A stretch of DNA of 50,914 nt from assembly GCA_016839815.1 (NCBI GenBank), contig JAEOTM010000043.1, positions 1 to 50,914 on the forward strand, given 5' to 3'. The stretch comes from Candidatus Hodarchaeota archaeon. Its GTDB lineage: Archaea > Asgardarchaeota > Heimdallarchaeia > Hodarchaeales > Hodarchaeaceae. Of the stretch, positions 1 through 10,532 are shown one piece after another (the first letter of the stretch is position 1; every line of letters begins with the position of its first letter). The notes under the pieces were generated by a model that ran no database searches, was not told the DNA's origin, and saw only the letters and a list, made by a program, of their open reading frames with translations. The translations under genes were made by a program, and so were the position numbers.

Positions 1-1010
1 CCTGAATTTTCAAAAATTATGAGATGTTTCCCCTTTTCAGCATTTAGGTTGCCATAGAATTTCTCGACAAGAACGGTGGGAGTTGTCATATCATACTTTC
101 CTTCAAAAAAGTATATAGGAACTTTAATAGATTGAATTTCCTTTGTGAGATTGATATTTTTATATTCCTCCCATATAGCGTTCATAGTAAAGTCAAATCC
201 CTTGTTTCGGAAAGTTCTATATCCTTCTGATAATGAATATTCGGGGGAAAGAATGAAGTAAAGCATTAAAAATCCCATTTTTAGATATTGTTTAAAAGAA
301 GAATCCGCCAAAAATCCTCCATAATGCAGAGTATGCCCTGCTTGTTTTAAGTACTTTTTCGGTGAGTCATAAGGAGGAGGGCCTATGGCTTTGATTGCAT
401 TATATCTGCTTAGATCACCAATTTTTTCAGCTTGTTCAAGTACGAAATCGTATGCGACTTTTTGTTCGTCATAACCGTCTATAGATTGCCCTACTCCCAC
501 ATAGGCATATATTTTGTCTGGATATTTATACACAGTTTTCATACCTATTACCGTCCCCCCTGAATGCGCAACGATAAACACTTTTGGGATGCGAAACCGA
601 TTACGTAGATAATCAATTAACTCATTACAATCCTCAACAAAGCGGTCATAAGTCATTGAATTAACCGAAATGTCACGGTGAAACGATTTACCCGCGCCTC
701 GTTGATCCCAATGAACTACAGTAAAGTGTTTAATCAATTCCTTATCATTTTTACGAGAGCTGGATATCCCCAGTAAAGGCGCCCCAGGACCACCATGTAA
801 AAAGAGTAAAATTGGATTATTTTGATCTGTACCTCTAATAAATATCCATTGCTTTAATCCTCCAAGTGTAATCTCCTCCAATGAACTTATCCCATTTGTT
901 GTTTCTATTTTCGTCGAATATCGTAAATAGCTCTTATACAATAATAACCAGATAAAGAGAAGCAATAATAATCCTGCTACCCATATACTGACTAGTAAGA
1001 TTGTATTCAT
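1..1010 (-). CDS. Alpha/beta hydrolase (prolyl aminopeptidase-like) with N-terminal TM/signal; 3' end runs off the window
   Basis: Manual translation from ATG at 1010: MNTILLVSIWVAGLLLLLFIWLLL...PILLFLHGGPGAP...VVHWDQRGAGKS...VFIVAHSGG (HGGPG, DQRG and nucleophile-elbow motifs); absent from ORF track because incomplete. Confidence 0.88.
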   Translation of the reverse strand, partial: MNTILLVSIWVAGLLLLLFIWLLLYKSYLRYSTKIETTNGISSLEEITLGGLKQWIFIRGTDQNNPILLFLHGGPGAPLLGISSSRKNDKELIKHFTVVHWDQRGAGKSFHRDISVNSMTYDRFVEDCNELIDYLRNRFRIPKVFIVAHSGGTVIGMKTVYKYPDKIYAYVGVGQSIDGYDEQKVAYDFVLEQAEKIGDLSRYNAIKAIGPPPYDSPKKYLKQAGHTLHYGGFLADSSFKQYLKMGFLMLYFILSPEYSLSEGYRTFRNKGFDFTMNAIWEEYKNINLTKEIQSIKVPIYFFEGKYDMTTPTVLVEKFYGNLNAEKGKHLIIFENS

Positions 1011-1339
1011 TTTTTTCTTCCTCTAATATCTACAATAGTAGTTAAATGATTCCTATAATTAATTCATGCTTCTTTACAGGTCATAGTATTCATTGTTAAT
1101 GCCCTCACTCCCTCTTCAGATAGACAGAGAGAGAAAGAACCTTTATCACATTCCTTCTCATGTGTTTTTCAACTATTACTATCGTTTTATTTTAATAAAA
1201 TCTAGACCCAACTAATTCGGGATATTCTGGACATCTTTTGATGCTATTTAAATACGAAAACCTGGGAGGTATTCAGAGGTAAGTTTATCTTAAATTACAA
1301 TCTCTTCATAGGTTTTTACCTCTAATAGAGGATCAGTAG

Positions 1340-1696
1340 ATGTTTCACACTCTCCCAATTATAAAACCGAGTGAATATGCAAATAGACCACTGAAACCTG
1401 TTGAAAAACAAAATATTCACCTTTTCTGTGTACAAACCAATCCTGATAAAATTAATCCCATTCCTTTCTCTTCAGAACCATTGAATGAAGATATGGTTTA
1501 TCTCTTCGTTAATGATATCTTACGAAAAATCTTTTTGTGGGTCGGTACGACTGCTTCAATCCGATCCAAATTCGTTGGCGCACATTCAGCTATTGTACTC
1601 CAGCGGAAAACAGGGATTACCTATCGCGTGGAAAATGTTGATCAAGAACATGAATCGTCTGACTTTCGTATGACTTTATCAGTATTTGAAGCTTAA
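1340..1696 (+). CDS. Single-domain gelsolin-like protein (Asgard eukaryotic signature protein)
   Basis: VYLFVND...KIFLWVGTTASIRSKFVGAHSA...RVENVDQEHESSDF matches the gelsolin repeat pattern (IFxWxG..s, long helix, v.qg.E...F). Confidence 0.72.
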   Translation: MFHTLPIIKPSEYANRPLKPVEKQNIHLFCVQTNPDKINPIPFSSEPLNEDMVYLFVNDILRKIFLWVGTTASIRSKFVGAHSAIVLQRKTGITYRVENVDQEHESSDFRMTLSVFEA

Positions 1697-1961
1697 TTAA
1701 CCACTTAGATTTCTTTCTAGAAAATTCTACCTTAGTATTGATTCAGAATTAGTTGTCTACGAATTAACATATAACCACGTGGTTTCATAACTGGTTTTGA
1801 TAAGATAAGAGGTTCTGATTAGAAACTAATATTATCTGACAACTCTCCGAGAATCAATTGCTCAAAGCTTAACACAACTAGACAAGATATAGTCTAATTA
1901 AAATTAAAACTAGAACAACAAATCAAAACTAGGGACTTTTAACGGTCAAAGACAGCATTAT

Positions 1962-2537
1962 TTACGAAATTTTTACTGCTTTTAGGAAAAACCATTTTTC
2001 CTGATTTTCAATTACTTCAACTTGAAATTTCACGTTTAGGAGTTTTTGTTTGATTTCTGTTACACTACGCTTCATTATTTTTGACCCATATGCTGTTCTT
2101 ATTTTTTTACCATTTGGTAAGGTCACTGACAGACGTATAATGAATAATCCTGCATTTTCAGATATTTCCGCATCCCAGATCCAAAACTCTCCTCCATTCT
2201 TTAAAACACGATATACTTCTTCACATACTTTTTCAAATGTTTCAATTGACATATACATTCCACTGAAAAAAGCAGTGGCATTGTCAAAGTATCCAGATTC
2301 ATATTCAAGACTAGTTGCATCAGCTAAAACCCACTTAGAGGTTGGTGATTTTGATTTAGCTTCATCTATCTCTCCTTGGTGCTTATCAATTACTGTTACA
2401 TTATTTTTTCCTATCTGTGCTATAATTCCTTCCCCGCCTCCTCCAATATCTATTATCGATCCATTAGGAATAGCGTCAATTGTGATTTTTTGTGATCGTG
2501 TGAATAATAGCTTTAAGTATGGCAGATATTTTTTCAT
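1962..2537 (-). CDS. Class I SAM-dependent methyltransferase
   Basis: IIDIGGGGEG motif I, VID, ADATSL..FD, RVLKNGG. Confidence 0.88.
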   Translation of the reverse strand: MKKYLPYLKLLFTRSQKITIDAIPNGSIIDIGGGGEGIIAQIGKNNVTVIDKHQGEIDEAKSKSPTSKWVLADATSLEYESGYFDNATAFFSGMYMSIETFEKVCEEVYRVLKNGGEFWIWDAEISENAGLFIIRLSVTLPNGKKIRTAYGSKIMKRSVTEIKQKLLNVKFQVEVIENQEKWFFLKAVKIS

Positions 2538-2819
2538 GGCAAGGAGATTGTCTATTAAGATTGATATATTTTTTCACACAATACTACTATATTTTCTTTT
2601 TTCTAGGACATTTTTTATTGGTTTGATCAAGAAAAGTACATTCTTATGTAATCTAAACCAGCCTTTTACAGAGATAGATTTGAGGAATACTCAATATAAT
2701 GATTGTTTGGATTTTTTTTTTCATTTCTCGATTTATACAAACCTTAAAAAAGAAAAAACAAATTTCATGATGATAAAAGGTTATAATCTCGTTACTGTTC
2801 AGTTAGGAAGAATAGAAAT

Positions 2820-3350
2820 TTGACTGAAGTATATCGCTCATCTAATCTACGACATCTGTTGTATCCTAAGTGTCCGTACAATAATTCAGTAATTGTATTG
2901 ACGTTAAGGATAGCTACGATAGTTCTTGGCACCGTAGGAATAATATTTTTCAATGCATGGGTTGCTGTAGTGTATTTAATATATTCTGTTTGGTTTAACT
3001 TATTGGTATGGCCAATTAAGCATTGTAAAAACTGTTACTACAAAGTAAAGGAATTTACAGTGGATGAAAAGACAGGGAAGACTGCTCAAACGCTATTACC
3101 AGTAGATGAATGGAAAGAAACATACTTAGACAAACATGTTGCGTGTGGGAAAAAATGGTTTTGGCATTCGTACATCCTATGGTTAGGACCTATTATCTTC
3201 ATTCCTATTTCTTTCTTTTTGGATTTTTCTGTATTTGCTTTGATAACATTAATTGGTTTCATAGTCTCACTAGCAGGGACTCTTCTTTATGTACGATTCA
3301 GAGTTTGTCCAAACTGTGCTTTCATGGAAGAATGCCATGCAGCGTTTTAA
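2820..3350 (+). CDS. Four-TM membrane protein with Cys/His clusters
   Basis: Four hydrophobic segments; CPY, HCKNC, HVAC, CPNC..EEC. Confidence 0.7.
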   Translation: MTEVYRSSNLRHLLYPKCPYNNSVIVLTLRIATIVLGTVGIIFFNAWVAVVYLIYSVWFNLLVWPIKHCKNCYYKVKEFTVDEKTGKTAQTLLPVDEWKETYLDKHVACGKKWFWHSYILWLGPIIFIPISFFLDFSVFALITLIGFIVSLAGTLLYVRFRVCPNCAFMEECHAAF

Positions 3351-3441
3351 CTTAGATTGGTCAATCTGAAAAAATCCATTTTTCATAGGTTTTCTAGATA
3401 ATTACACCCACATTATTAATTAGTAAAGAGGAGAATAAGTA

Positions 3442-3831
3442 ATGACAAATAAAAGAGATATTGAATTTGTTAATTTACATCCTGAAACCGGTTATACTCA
3501 TTGTACGTATGTTAAGGCCGGTAATTTTATCTATACAAGTTATCATGGTGCTACAGTAGATGAAAGGGGCAATCCACTTACAGATATCGAATCACAAACG
3601 GAATATACCTTTAAAAATCTAAAAAAGACCCTTAAAGATGCAAATGCGACACTCGATGATATTATTAAAACCACAGTTTTAATAAAGAACAAAAAAGACT
3701 TTAGAAAGATGGTTGGTATCTACAAAAACCAATTTAGCAATGAATTTCCAGCACGAACGACAATTATCACTGATTTCTTGAATGATAGTATTTTAGTCCA
3801 AATTGATGTTGTTGCTTATGTTAGCGACTAG
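3442..3831 (+). CDS. RidA/YjgF/UK114 family protein
   Basis: KAGNFIYTS, QTEYTFKNLKKTL, DIIKTTV, FPART (conserved Arg), VQIDVVA. Confidence 0.9.
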   Translation: MTNKRDIEFVNLHPETGYTHCTYVKAGNFIYTSYHGATVDERGNPLTDIESQTEYTFKNLKKTLKDANATLDDIIKTTVLIKNKKDFRKMVGIYKNQFSNEFPARTTIITDFLNDSILVQIDVVAYVSD

Positions 3832-3954
3832 GAGGATAGAGGTTTGATAGTAATTCCTCTGGTATATGCTTCTATAATCGTGAAAAATCGAGAAATTCTC
3901 TCTCATTTTCCACAATAATGGAAAAAAGGGAACAATTCAAATAGACCTCATCGT

Positions 3955-4431
3955 TTGTTTGCTCTTATGAACTCTAGAAATATCAACCTATCTCCTTATT
4001 TTTACATTGTGAATGTTGAAGCAGCCATATTCAAGGAAAACAAGTGGTTATTAATAGAAAGAAGCGAAAAAGAGGAATATGGTGGAGGTTTCATATCATT
4101 TGTAGGGGGAAAGGTTGACAAAACGAAGGAAAGTGTGAATATTCTTGAGAAAACACTCATTAGAGAGATTTATGAGGAGATTGGAGTTGAAGTTGAGGAT
4201 CAGATGACGTACGTGAATAGTAGTCTGTTCCTTGCTGATGAAGAACCTGTGGTTGATATCGTATTCTTGTGTAAATATAAATCTGGAGTTCCACATTGTA
4301 AGAGCCCTGATGAAGTAGCTAACGTTTTTTGGATGTCAATTGAAGAAGTTAGAAATCATCCTAGTATTCCCGTGTGGCTTAAACGCAATATTAATCTGGC
4401 AGAAGAAGTAAAGAAGAGAATTTATGGATGA
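3955..4431 (+). CDS. NUDIX hydrolase (likely start ATG 3967)
   Basis: Nudix box GGKVD...LIREIYEEIGV. Confidence 0.9.
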   Translation: MFALMNSRNINLSPYFYIVNVEAAIFKENKWLLIERSEKEEYGGGFISFVGGKVDKTKESVNILEKTLIREIYEEIGVEVEDQMTYVNSSLFLADEEPVVDIVFLCKYKSGVPHCKSPDEVANVFWMSIEEVRNHPSIPVWLKRNINLAEEVKKRIYG

Positions 4432-4512
4432 AATTCTTTCTTTGTTCTGTATATCCTGTGTCTTGATGTTTAAACCAGCTTACTTAACGAAAAACAAGAT
4501 GGATTGATTCTT

Positions 4513-4662
4513 ATGATAAAGGAAAAGGAAAAGCTTGCTTTAAGTGAAATCGACAAATTGCTGTATGAAGTTGGGGAGTTAAATGAAGGAGAAAACATCA
4601 AGATATTAGAGAATAATCAACATATTTATGACGAAAACATAAGTGTTAAAATTTTTACTTAG
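4513..4662 (+). CDS. Possible 49-aa small protein or gene remnant
   Basis: Manual translation MIKEKEKLALSEIDKLLYEVGELNEGENIKILENNQHIYDENISVKIFT*; protein-like composition only. Confidence 0.3.
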   Translation: MIKEKEKLALSEIDKLLYEVGELNEGENIKILENNQHIYDENISVKIFT

Positions 4663-4796
4663 ACTTCATGTAATCCAAGTAATTTCTCCCGTTGTTTCCA
4701 TATATTTCTCTCCATACCAATGTGGTAGTTGATCGAAAACGTAGGAAAATATAGTTCAAATCATTATTTACCATTGTTTCCTGGTGAAACTTTCAC

Positions 4797-6257
4797 TTAG
4801 CTACTCCTTGGATAAAGGGATTTAATATACTCAATAGGTGGATGCCAATCTTCGGGGAGGGGACTCGTGTAGGGAGTCTTTGCAATTCGTTTCTTAAATT
4901 CATCTTTTGCTTTTGCTAACAACTCTGGATTAGTAAACAACTCAAGAATCGAGAGGGTTAAGATTTTAGCGGCATGAAGCATCCCTTTGTGCCCTATACT
5001 CATTCCTGCTTGCGCCACAAGTTGCCAGGAGTGACCTGGAGTACCTATGCTTGCGCAAGCTGTGGTAAATTGAGCCAACGGTGTTACCCAACTTACATCC
5101 CCTACGTCTGTAGATCCAGGAAGGGTTACTCCTCGACTCACTGTTGGTAGGTTTATTTCACACAAATTGATACCTCTAAATTGTTCCATTTGTATTTGCA
5201 TATCTTGTGGGAGTGTTGATAAATTTCGATCAAAGTATCCATCTGGAAAAGATTTAATAATTTCATTTGCGTAATCTTGATCTGCTTGGTCAAATTTGAG
5301 TGGTCCTAGCTCTATCATCTTTTGATAGAGTAAATCTTCAAGTATATTATTAGCCATTAAGTTTGCTGATCCCCCTTGAAAATCAATAAGTACTTTGGTC
5401 TCGGTCATAAGAGCGGCTCCTTCCGCTACTTTAACCACTCGTGGATATATATCCCTTAATTGATCAAGTCGAGGAGCTCTCACAAAATACCAGACAGCTG
5501 CTTCTTCTGGTACAATATTTGGTGCTTCTCCACCTTTAGTAATAATGTAATGAATACTAGCATCGGGGATAAGATGTTCTCTTAAATAATTGCACCCCAC
5601 ATTCATTAATTCTACCGCGTCGAGAGCTGAACGTCCATGATACGGATCTCCTGCTGCATGAGCAGTTTTTCCTTTAAAATTAAATACGATCGAATAGATA
5701 GCTTGAGAATTAGTTGCCCATACACTATTAGTGGTACTAGGATGCCATGTCAAAGAAATATCTACATCGGAAAAACCACCTTCTTTTACCATCCCTCCCT
5801 TTGCATCCACGTTCTCCTCCGCTGGACACCCATAATAACGAATCGTTCCTTGGATATCACCTGTATCTATTGCCTCCCTCAATGCTAGACATGCAGCAAT
5901 TCCTGCTACCCCTAGTAGATTATGCCCGCATCCATGTCCAGGATCACCTTCCTTTAAAGGTTTTTTTACTGGATCAGAAGTTTGACTCAAGCCAGGTAAC
6001 GCATCATACTCACCTAAAATAGCTATGACAGGTTTTCCATTTCCATAGCTTGCAATAAATGCAGTTGGCATCTTTGCGATTCCCTGTTCAATTTTAAAGC
6101 CAGAATCTTTTAATATTTTAATTAAAAGGGCGGAAGACTTCTCCTCCATTAGACCAATCTCAGCGTGTCCCCATATGCTGTCACTGAGTTCGATAAATTG
6201 TTCTCTATTTACTTCAATCCATTCTATTAGATCTATAGTCAACTTTATCTGCTCCAA
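4797..6257 (-). CDS. M20 family amidohydrolase (AbgB / aminobenzoyl-glutamate hydrolase subunit B-like)
   Basis: GEYDALPG, GHGCGHNLLG, GCPAEE, WHP, AHAAGDPYHGRSALDA, GSTDVGDVSW, PGHSWQ. Confidence 0.92.
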   Translation of the reverse strand: MEQIKLTIDLIEWIEVNREQFIELSDSIWGHAEIGLMEEKSSALLIKILKDSGFKIEQGIAKMPTAFIASYGNGKPVIAILGEYDALPGLSQTSDPVKKPLKEGDPGHGCGHNLLGVAGIAACLALREAIDTGDIQGTIRYYGCPAEENVDAKGGMVKEGGFSDVDISLTWHPSTTNSVWATNSQAIYSIVFNFKGKTAHAAGDPYHGRSALDAVELMNVGCNYLREHLIPDASIHYIITKGGEAPNIVPEEAAVWYFVRAPRLDQLRDIYPRVVKVAEGAALMTETKVLIDFQGGSANLMANNILEDLLYQKMIELGPLKFDQADQDYANEIIKSFPDGYFDRNLSTLPQDMQIQMEQFRGINLCEINLPTVSRGVTLPGSTDVGDVSWVTPLAQFTTACASIGTPGHSWQLVAQAGMSIGHKGMLHAAKILTLSILELFTNPELLAKAKDEFKKRIAKTPYTSPLPEDWHPPIEYIKSLYPRSS

Positions 6258-6376
6258 ATATTCCTATTTTTGTTTTCAGACATACAGTCCGATTGTTTAT
6301 TGTATCTTACTCCGATCCTAGTTAAAGATTAATTCCTCGCCTATTTACTAATGCTTTTACAAAATCCATTCATTAT

Positions 6377-8104
6377 TTAAAAGCGTTTGGTCTGGTACTT
6401 CAATTTTCTTTTGATTATGATGTAAACGAAGGAACCTATCATCCCAATTAGCGTAATCGGAATACTAGATTCTGTTGTTACCTGAAAGGAATTTAAATCG
6501 TATTCTGTTACTGCTCCTCCCACTTTTGGACCAGTTGCCCATAATTTGATATGTAAGGAATAATTTGATTCATCAATTAAAAATATGATTGTAGTTTGAG
6601 AGGTTGATTTCGCCTGTAGTTCACCAAGATTCACTGTGTACGTGGTATTGAGAAGAGTCAAACCTGTGACTTGAGAAGCTGTCCAATCGAGAGTAATGCT
6701 GCAATTCGTTCGGATATATGTTGAAGGATTAGTTACACTCACTGTAATCTGGAGCTGTTCTCCTACTTGTTTATTATTAGTTTGGATTGAGAGATAAGGG
6801 GCTTCTTCTGCCATAAACAAGAGTCCTGGATAGGTTTGTGCGCTATTCTCGATCACCTCGTCTCCTGGAGGATTACAATAATCCCATACTCCACGATAGT
6901 GATATCTGCCAATTGTTTCATTATAGATTGAAAAGTATGCGGAAGGATTACCATAGGTTTCAAACGTGAATGCTAAGAGTGTACCATTCGAATACATCCA
7001 GTCGTCCCACACACCAGAAAGAGGATACACACTTTCCTCTATTTCAAGTGAAAAACCAGTGAGTTCTTGCAGTTTTGTCCCTGTGCTAAGATACAAGTCC
7101 TTATCTATTCCTTCTAGCAATCCACCTTCTCCTGTTGAAGGCCCTAATACCATACTATAGTCCATTCCAGAATGTAGAGAGATTGCAGTTATAAAATTCC
7201 TTTGTAGTACAAAATCACGAAATCGTGCCGTACAATTTTCAGAAAATGCATAGGGTCCATGATAATTCCAAGCAGAAGGATTATCTGAAGCGCCTGGTTG
7301 TTTTCCAAACTGATAAGCATAATTACGATTAGGATCGACTCCCCCTGGTTTATCATTTCCTATTCGTCCGTCTCCATCTAGATCTATTCCTTCATGTCCA
7401 ATGAATCCATTCTCTTCATCACGCAATCTATCAACATATCCGTCCATATTAATGTCTTGTACTTCATATTCATCCTCAACTCCATCTCCATCTTCATCGA
7501 TTGGTCGTAAGGTTTTTCTCTGCCATGGATTTTGACTCATTAGTTCAGCACCATCAATATTGAGACTAGGGATCACATAAATCGCTTTAGTGTTCAACAG
7601 GTTCTGAATTCTGGTTGAAGACGAGAAGAATTCCAATACTACTTTATCGATAAAATAAAGGGCATTTTCAACACTGATTTGTTCCTGAGCGTGGTGTTGA
7701 CCAACAATCAGAATTTCAGTTTTTGGAATCGTAATTGATTCGTTCGTGATTCTGACACAATAAATCTTTCGTTCAAAATAGGTTTTTCCTATCGTAAAGA
7801 CCTCAATAATCTCTGGGTATGTCGTATTGAGATTTTTTAGTTTATTGATGAGCTCTGAATAGTTGTGGTATGGCCCAAATGTAGGACCAAAGACTATGCT
7901 ATCGTCCCCTGGCTGATCTCCAGGGGCGTTCTCATATTCCTCCCAGATAGATGTGTACCCTCCTCTAGTTTGAAATTTTGTTGAATAATTAGAATTATCT
8001 GTTTGATTGATTGTAATAACCACTTTATGGGAAGTGATAACCTCTATTGGGCATGAGAGTATGAGTCCAGTAAGAAAAATCCCAATTAACAACAGTTTGT
8101 TCAT
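6377..8104 (-). CDS. Secreted, membrane-anchored M14 zinc carboxypeptidase
   Basis: Signal peptide; HHAQE (HxxE), WQRKT, GVDPNRNY, SLHS, TFE; DxDGDG inserts; C-terminal TM plus basic tail. Confidence 0.9.
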   Translation of the reverse strand: MNKLLLIGIFLTGLILSCPIEVITSHKVVITINQTDNSNYSTKFQTRGGYTSIWEEYENAPGDQPGDDSIVFGPTFGPYHNYSELINKLKNLNTTYPEIIEVFTIGKTYFERKIYCVRITNESITIPKTEILIVGQHHAQEQISVENALYFIDKVVLEFFSSSTRIQNLLNTKAIYVIPSLNIDGAELMSQNPWQRKTLRPIDEDGDGVEDEYEVQDINMDGYVDRLRDEENGFIGHEGIDLDGDGRIGNDKPGGVDPNRNYAYQFGKQPGASDNPSAWNYHGPYAFSENCTARFRDFVLQRNFITAISLHSGMDYSMVLGPSTGEGGLLEGIDKDLYLSTGTKLQELTGFSLEIEESVYPLSGVWDDWMYSNGTLLAFTFETYGNPSAYFSIYNETIGRYHYRGVWDYCNPPGDEVIENSAQTYPGLLFMAEEAPYLSIQTNNKQVGEQLQITVSVTNPSTYIRTNCSITLDWTASQVTGLTLLNTTYTVNLGELQAKSTSQTTIIFLIDESNYSLHIKLWATGPKVGGAVTEYDLNSFQVTTESSIPITLIGMIGSFVYIIIKRKLKYQTKRF

Positions 8105-8444
8105 TTTTGTCCTTCTCTCTTTATTGATCTATCCTCAAAAATAGATTTAGTTATCCTCTTTATAAACATTGAATTCTAATTGATCGAGTCTTTGAGGAAA
8201 AGTATTGGAATTTTAACAAATGATGATACAACGATAATTACTCCTCTCCGTTATTCGTCAAAGAGCTTGAAACCAGCATCATCTGAGTAGTTAGCCATTT
8301 TAAATGTAGGATGAGTAGATTCAGTAATGAGAAGAAGGAAGATGAGTTTCTTCTAATCACTTGATGGTTCCTACACTTTTTATCGGAAACTGGTCATCCA
8401 CACTCTCTGCTACATAATCATCTATGATCTATAATAGTAGAGCG

Positions 8445-8903
8445 TTATTTTAAAAGTCTATATTGATATACAAAGACAGCAAAAGTTACTATGTTTCCAA
8501 TCACACCTAAATAGAACGCTAATCCAAACCACCATTTGTATGCCGTTGTCACACCAACAATTGTACCAAATCCAGCCATAAAAAAATGAAATCCTGAAAG
8601 AAAAACACCATATTTTATGACTTTATCAGTTAGAAATTCACGATCAATAAACCCTGCTAGAGATATAAAAGCACATATAGCGGAAAATGTGGCCACTAGA
8701 ATAATTATCGGCCCAAAAATCTCTGTACTGGCATTAACAGAGTAACTTAATTTTCGGAATTCGTGCCAATAGTCTTCATATCCGTGGATATAATCAAAGA
8801 TTAACAAAACAAGAGCTACAAACGAACTCGAAATGAAGGAGATTAAAAAACTCAATTTTTGGATATCTGTTTTATTTTTGCCTAAATTCAATGCTAGGTT
8901 CAC
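8445..8903 (-). CDS. Hypothetical four-TM membrane protein
   Basis: Four hydrophobic helices, ending WWFGLAFYLGVIG. Confidence 0.65.
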   Translation of the reverse strand: MNLALNLGKNKTDIQKLSFLISFISSSFVALVLLIFDYIHGYEDYWHEFRKLSYSVNASTEIFGPIIILVATFSAICAFISLAGFIDREFLTDKVIKYGVFLSGFHFFMAGFGTIVGVTTAYKWWFGLAFYLGVIGNIVTFAVFVYQYRLLK

Positions 8904-9044
8904 CTTTAATTTGAAAAATTCAGAAATGAGAAAACAACCTATTTTGAGATTAGTTGTTGTATATAAGATTGCTGATACTAACCTGTTGTTTTAACTAAAT
9001 GTGTGTTTTGATTGAAATATGCTTGAGTACTTTTCAATTCACAA

Positions 9045-9698
9045 TTACAGTTTATTTAGTAACAAGTCATTAATATATTGCCCTCTGAGGCTCATAGATT
9101 TCATTCCACCACCATGTTTGAACTGCTGATCTTCACTTGACACATCTAACTCGTCTTTTAGACGATTCATGATTGTTTCTTTTTGAATTATATCAGAATA
9201 CATTGTCGATAACACGAACTTAACATCCTCGAACTGATTATTTTCTATATAATCGAAAAGCCAGTTTGTAGCTCCTGAAGCTTTCCAGAATTTACCAATC
9301 GTTGTTCCAGACGGTAATTTGGTGACTTGTTTTATTTCGTAATTTCGTATGGGTTCATTAAAACGAATTAAGCCATAATACGCTGATAGAATAATACAAT
9401 CAAAATCATCGTTTTTTAGTAATGAAGTCCATGCTCCTTCAGTTACTTTTGAAAAAGTTCTTCCCTTATATCTTGAATAGGCTGGAAGGAAATCCTTATC
9501 ATCAGTTGGTTTAAGATTGAAGTGTGTGTCAGGCCCCTCAGAAAAACCGAACTCTTTTAGAAGACTACTTCTCGCATGAAGAAGTTCTTGCTGATTTTTT
9601 TCACTTATCGAGTTAGAAAATGTTTTACTTGGCTTCTTAAAAATAAGATTCTCTTTCCTTTTACTCTTGGACGAAGCAGTGACAATTAAAGTTCTCAT
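9045..9698 (-). CDS. yaaA: YaaA/DUF328-like protein
   Basis: N-terminal IVTASSKSK, LPAYSRYKGRTF, IILSAYYGLI..EPIRNY. Confidence 0.75.
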   Translation of the reverse strand: MRTLIVTASSKSKRKENLIFKKPSKTFSNSISEKNQQELLHARSSLLKEFGFSEGPDTHFNLKPTDDKDFLPAYSRYKGRTFSKVTEGAWTSLLKNDDFDCIILSAYYGLIRFNEPIRNYEIKQVTKLPSGTTIGKFWKASGATNWLFDYIENNQFEDVKFVLSTMYSDIIQKETIMNRLKDELDVSSEDQQFKHGGGMKSMSLRGQYINDLLLNKL

Positions 9699-9798
9699 GT
9701 TTGGAAAATTTCATTTAATTTTAAAAATTCTAGTTTGTGTTTTCCAATATCATATTCTTCCTTTATGTACTACTAGTGTTTCTATAATAGGATTTATG

Positions 9799-10320
9799 CT
9801 ATAATTTCGTACCTTCTTTCTCAGCTCTAATAAAATAGTCGTAAATCGCACTAATTGTCTGTTTATCGTTTGTCATTATTCCTGCTTCAAAATTGTGATT
9901 TTCTGAATGAAAGGTTCCGTTCATTGAATGAACAATAGCCATTTCTTCAATTAGCCATATTTTAGCATGGATTTTATTGTCAATGAAAACTTGAATGTTC
10001 TTTTTTAGTTTTAATTCCTCTAAAGTTGGATCAGCTAAGGTTTTTATACTTGGTAAGTATCCTTTTTTGTCCCTAGTAAACATTTTCACCTTTATATGGT
10101 TTGGAATATTGAGAATCGAAGTTAAGAGTTGTCCCCGTCCAATAAAGGGTACCATTATGTAAACTGACTTTTTTGCGTAAGTAGGAAGTAGCATCAAAGC
10201 GGTTCTCAATTCATGGCCTTCTAAAAACTTCACAGATTCTCCTTCACCCATATTTGATTGTTCTATACTCATGTAACACACCAAGAAGGGAATAATAATC
10301 CTAATCTTTTTGAGATACAA
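9799..10320 (-). CDS. Single-domain phospholipase D-family (HKD) protein, probable nuclease (likely start ATG 10272)
   Basis: IMVPFI, IHAKIWLIEE...VHSMNGT, NFEAGI. Confidence 0.8.
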   Translation of the reverse strand: MYLKKIRIIIPFLVCYMSIEQSNMGEGESVKFLEGHELRTALMLLPTYAKKSVYIMVPFIGRGQLLTSILNIPNHIKVKMFTRDKKGYLPSIKTLADPTLEELKLKKNIQVFIDNKIHAKIWLIEEMAIVHSMNGTFHSENHNFEAGIMTNDKQTISAIYDYFIRAEKEGTKL

Positions 10321-10497
10321 TCTTTGGAATCAGACCTGTGTTTTCCATGATTGGAAAAGATCTTCACAGATGGTTCAGAAACGTGAATTCATATAAAGAT
10401 GTAAGAGCAATGTTGAATATTACTCTTTCTCTCCCTGAAGAAATATATCAGAATCCTCTTTCGAGCAGGGAACATTCTAGAAGTCGATATTTGAGAT

Positions 10498-10532
10498 AAA
10501 AAAAAAGAAGGAGGATGTGAATTACTCCTCCT
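10498..10532 (-). terminator. Hairpin plus U-tract terminator after the 10531 gene
   Basis: Minus strand AGGAGGA-N10-TCCTCCT followed by TC and a T9 run. Confidence 0.55.

Noticed and set aside
1773-1784. Perfect 12-bp palindrome AACCACGTGGTT
   Set aside because: Single occurrence between convergent genes; compatible with chance
2050-2823. 257-aa plus-strand ORF
   Set aside because: Antisense shadow of the well-supported methyltransferase 1962-2537, extending into AT-rich intergenic DNA; no motifs
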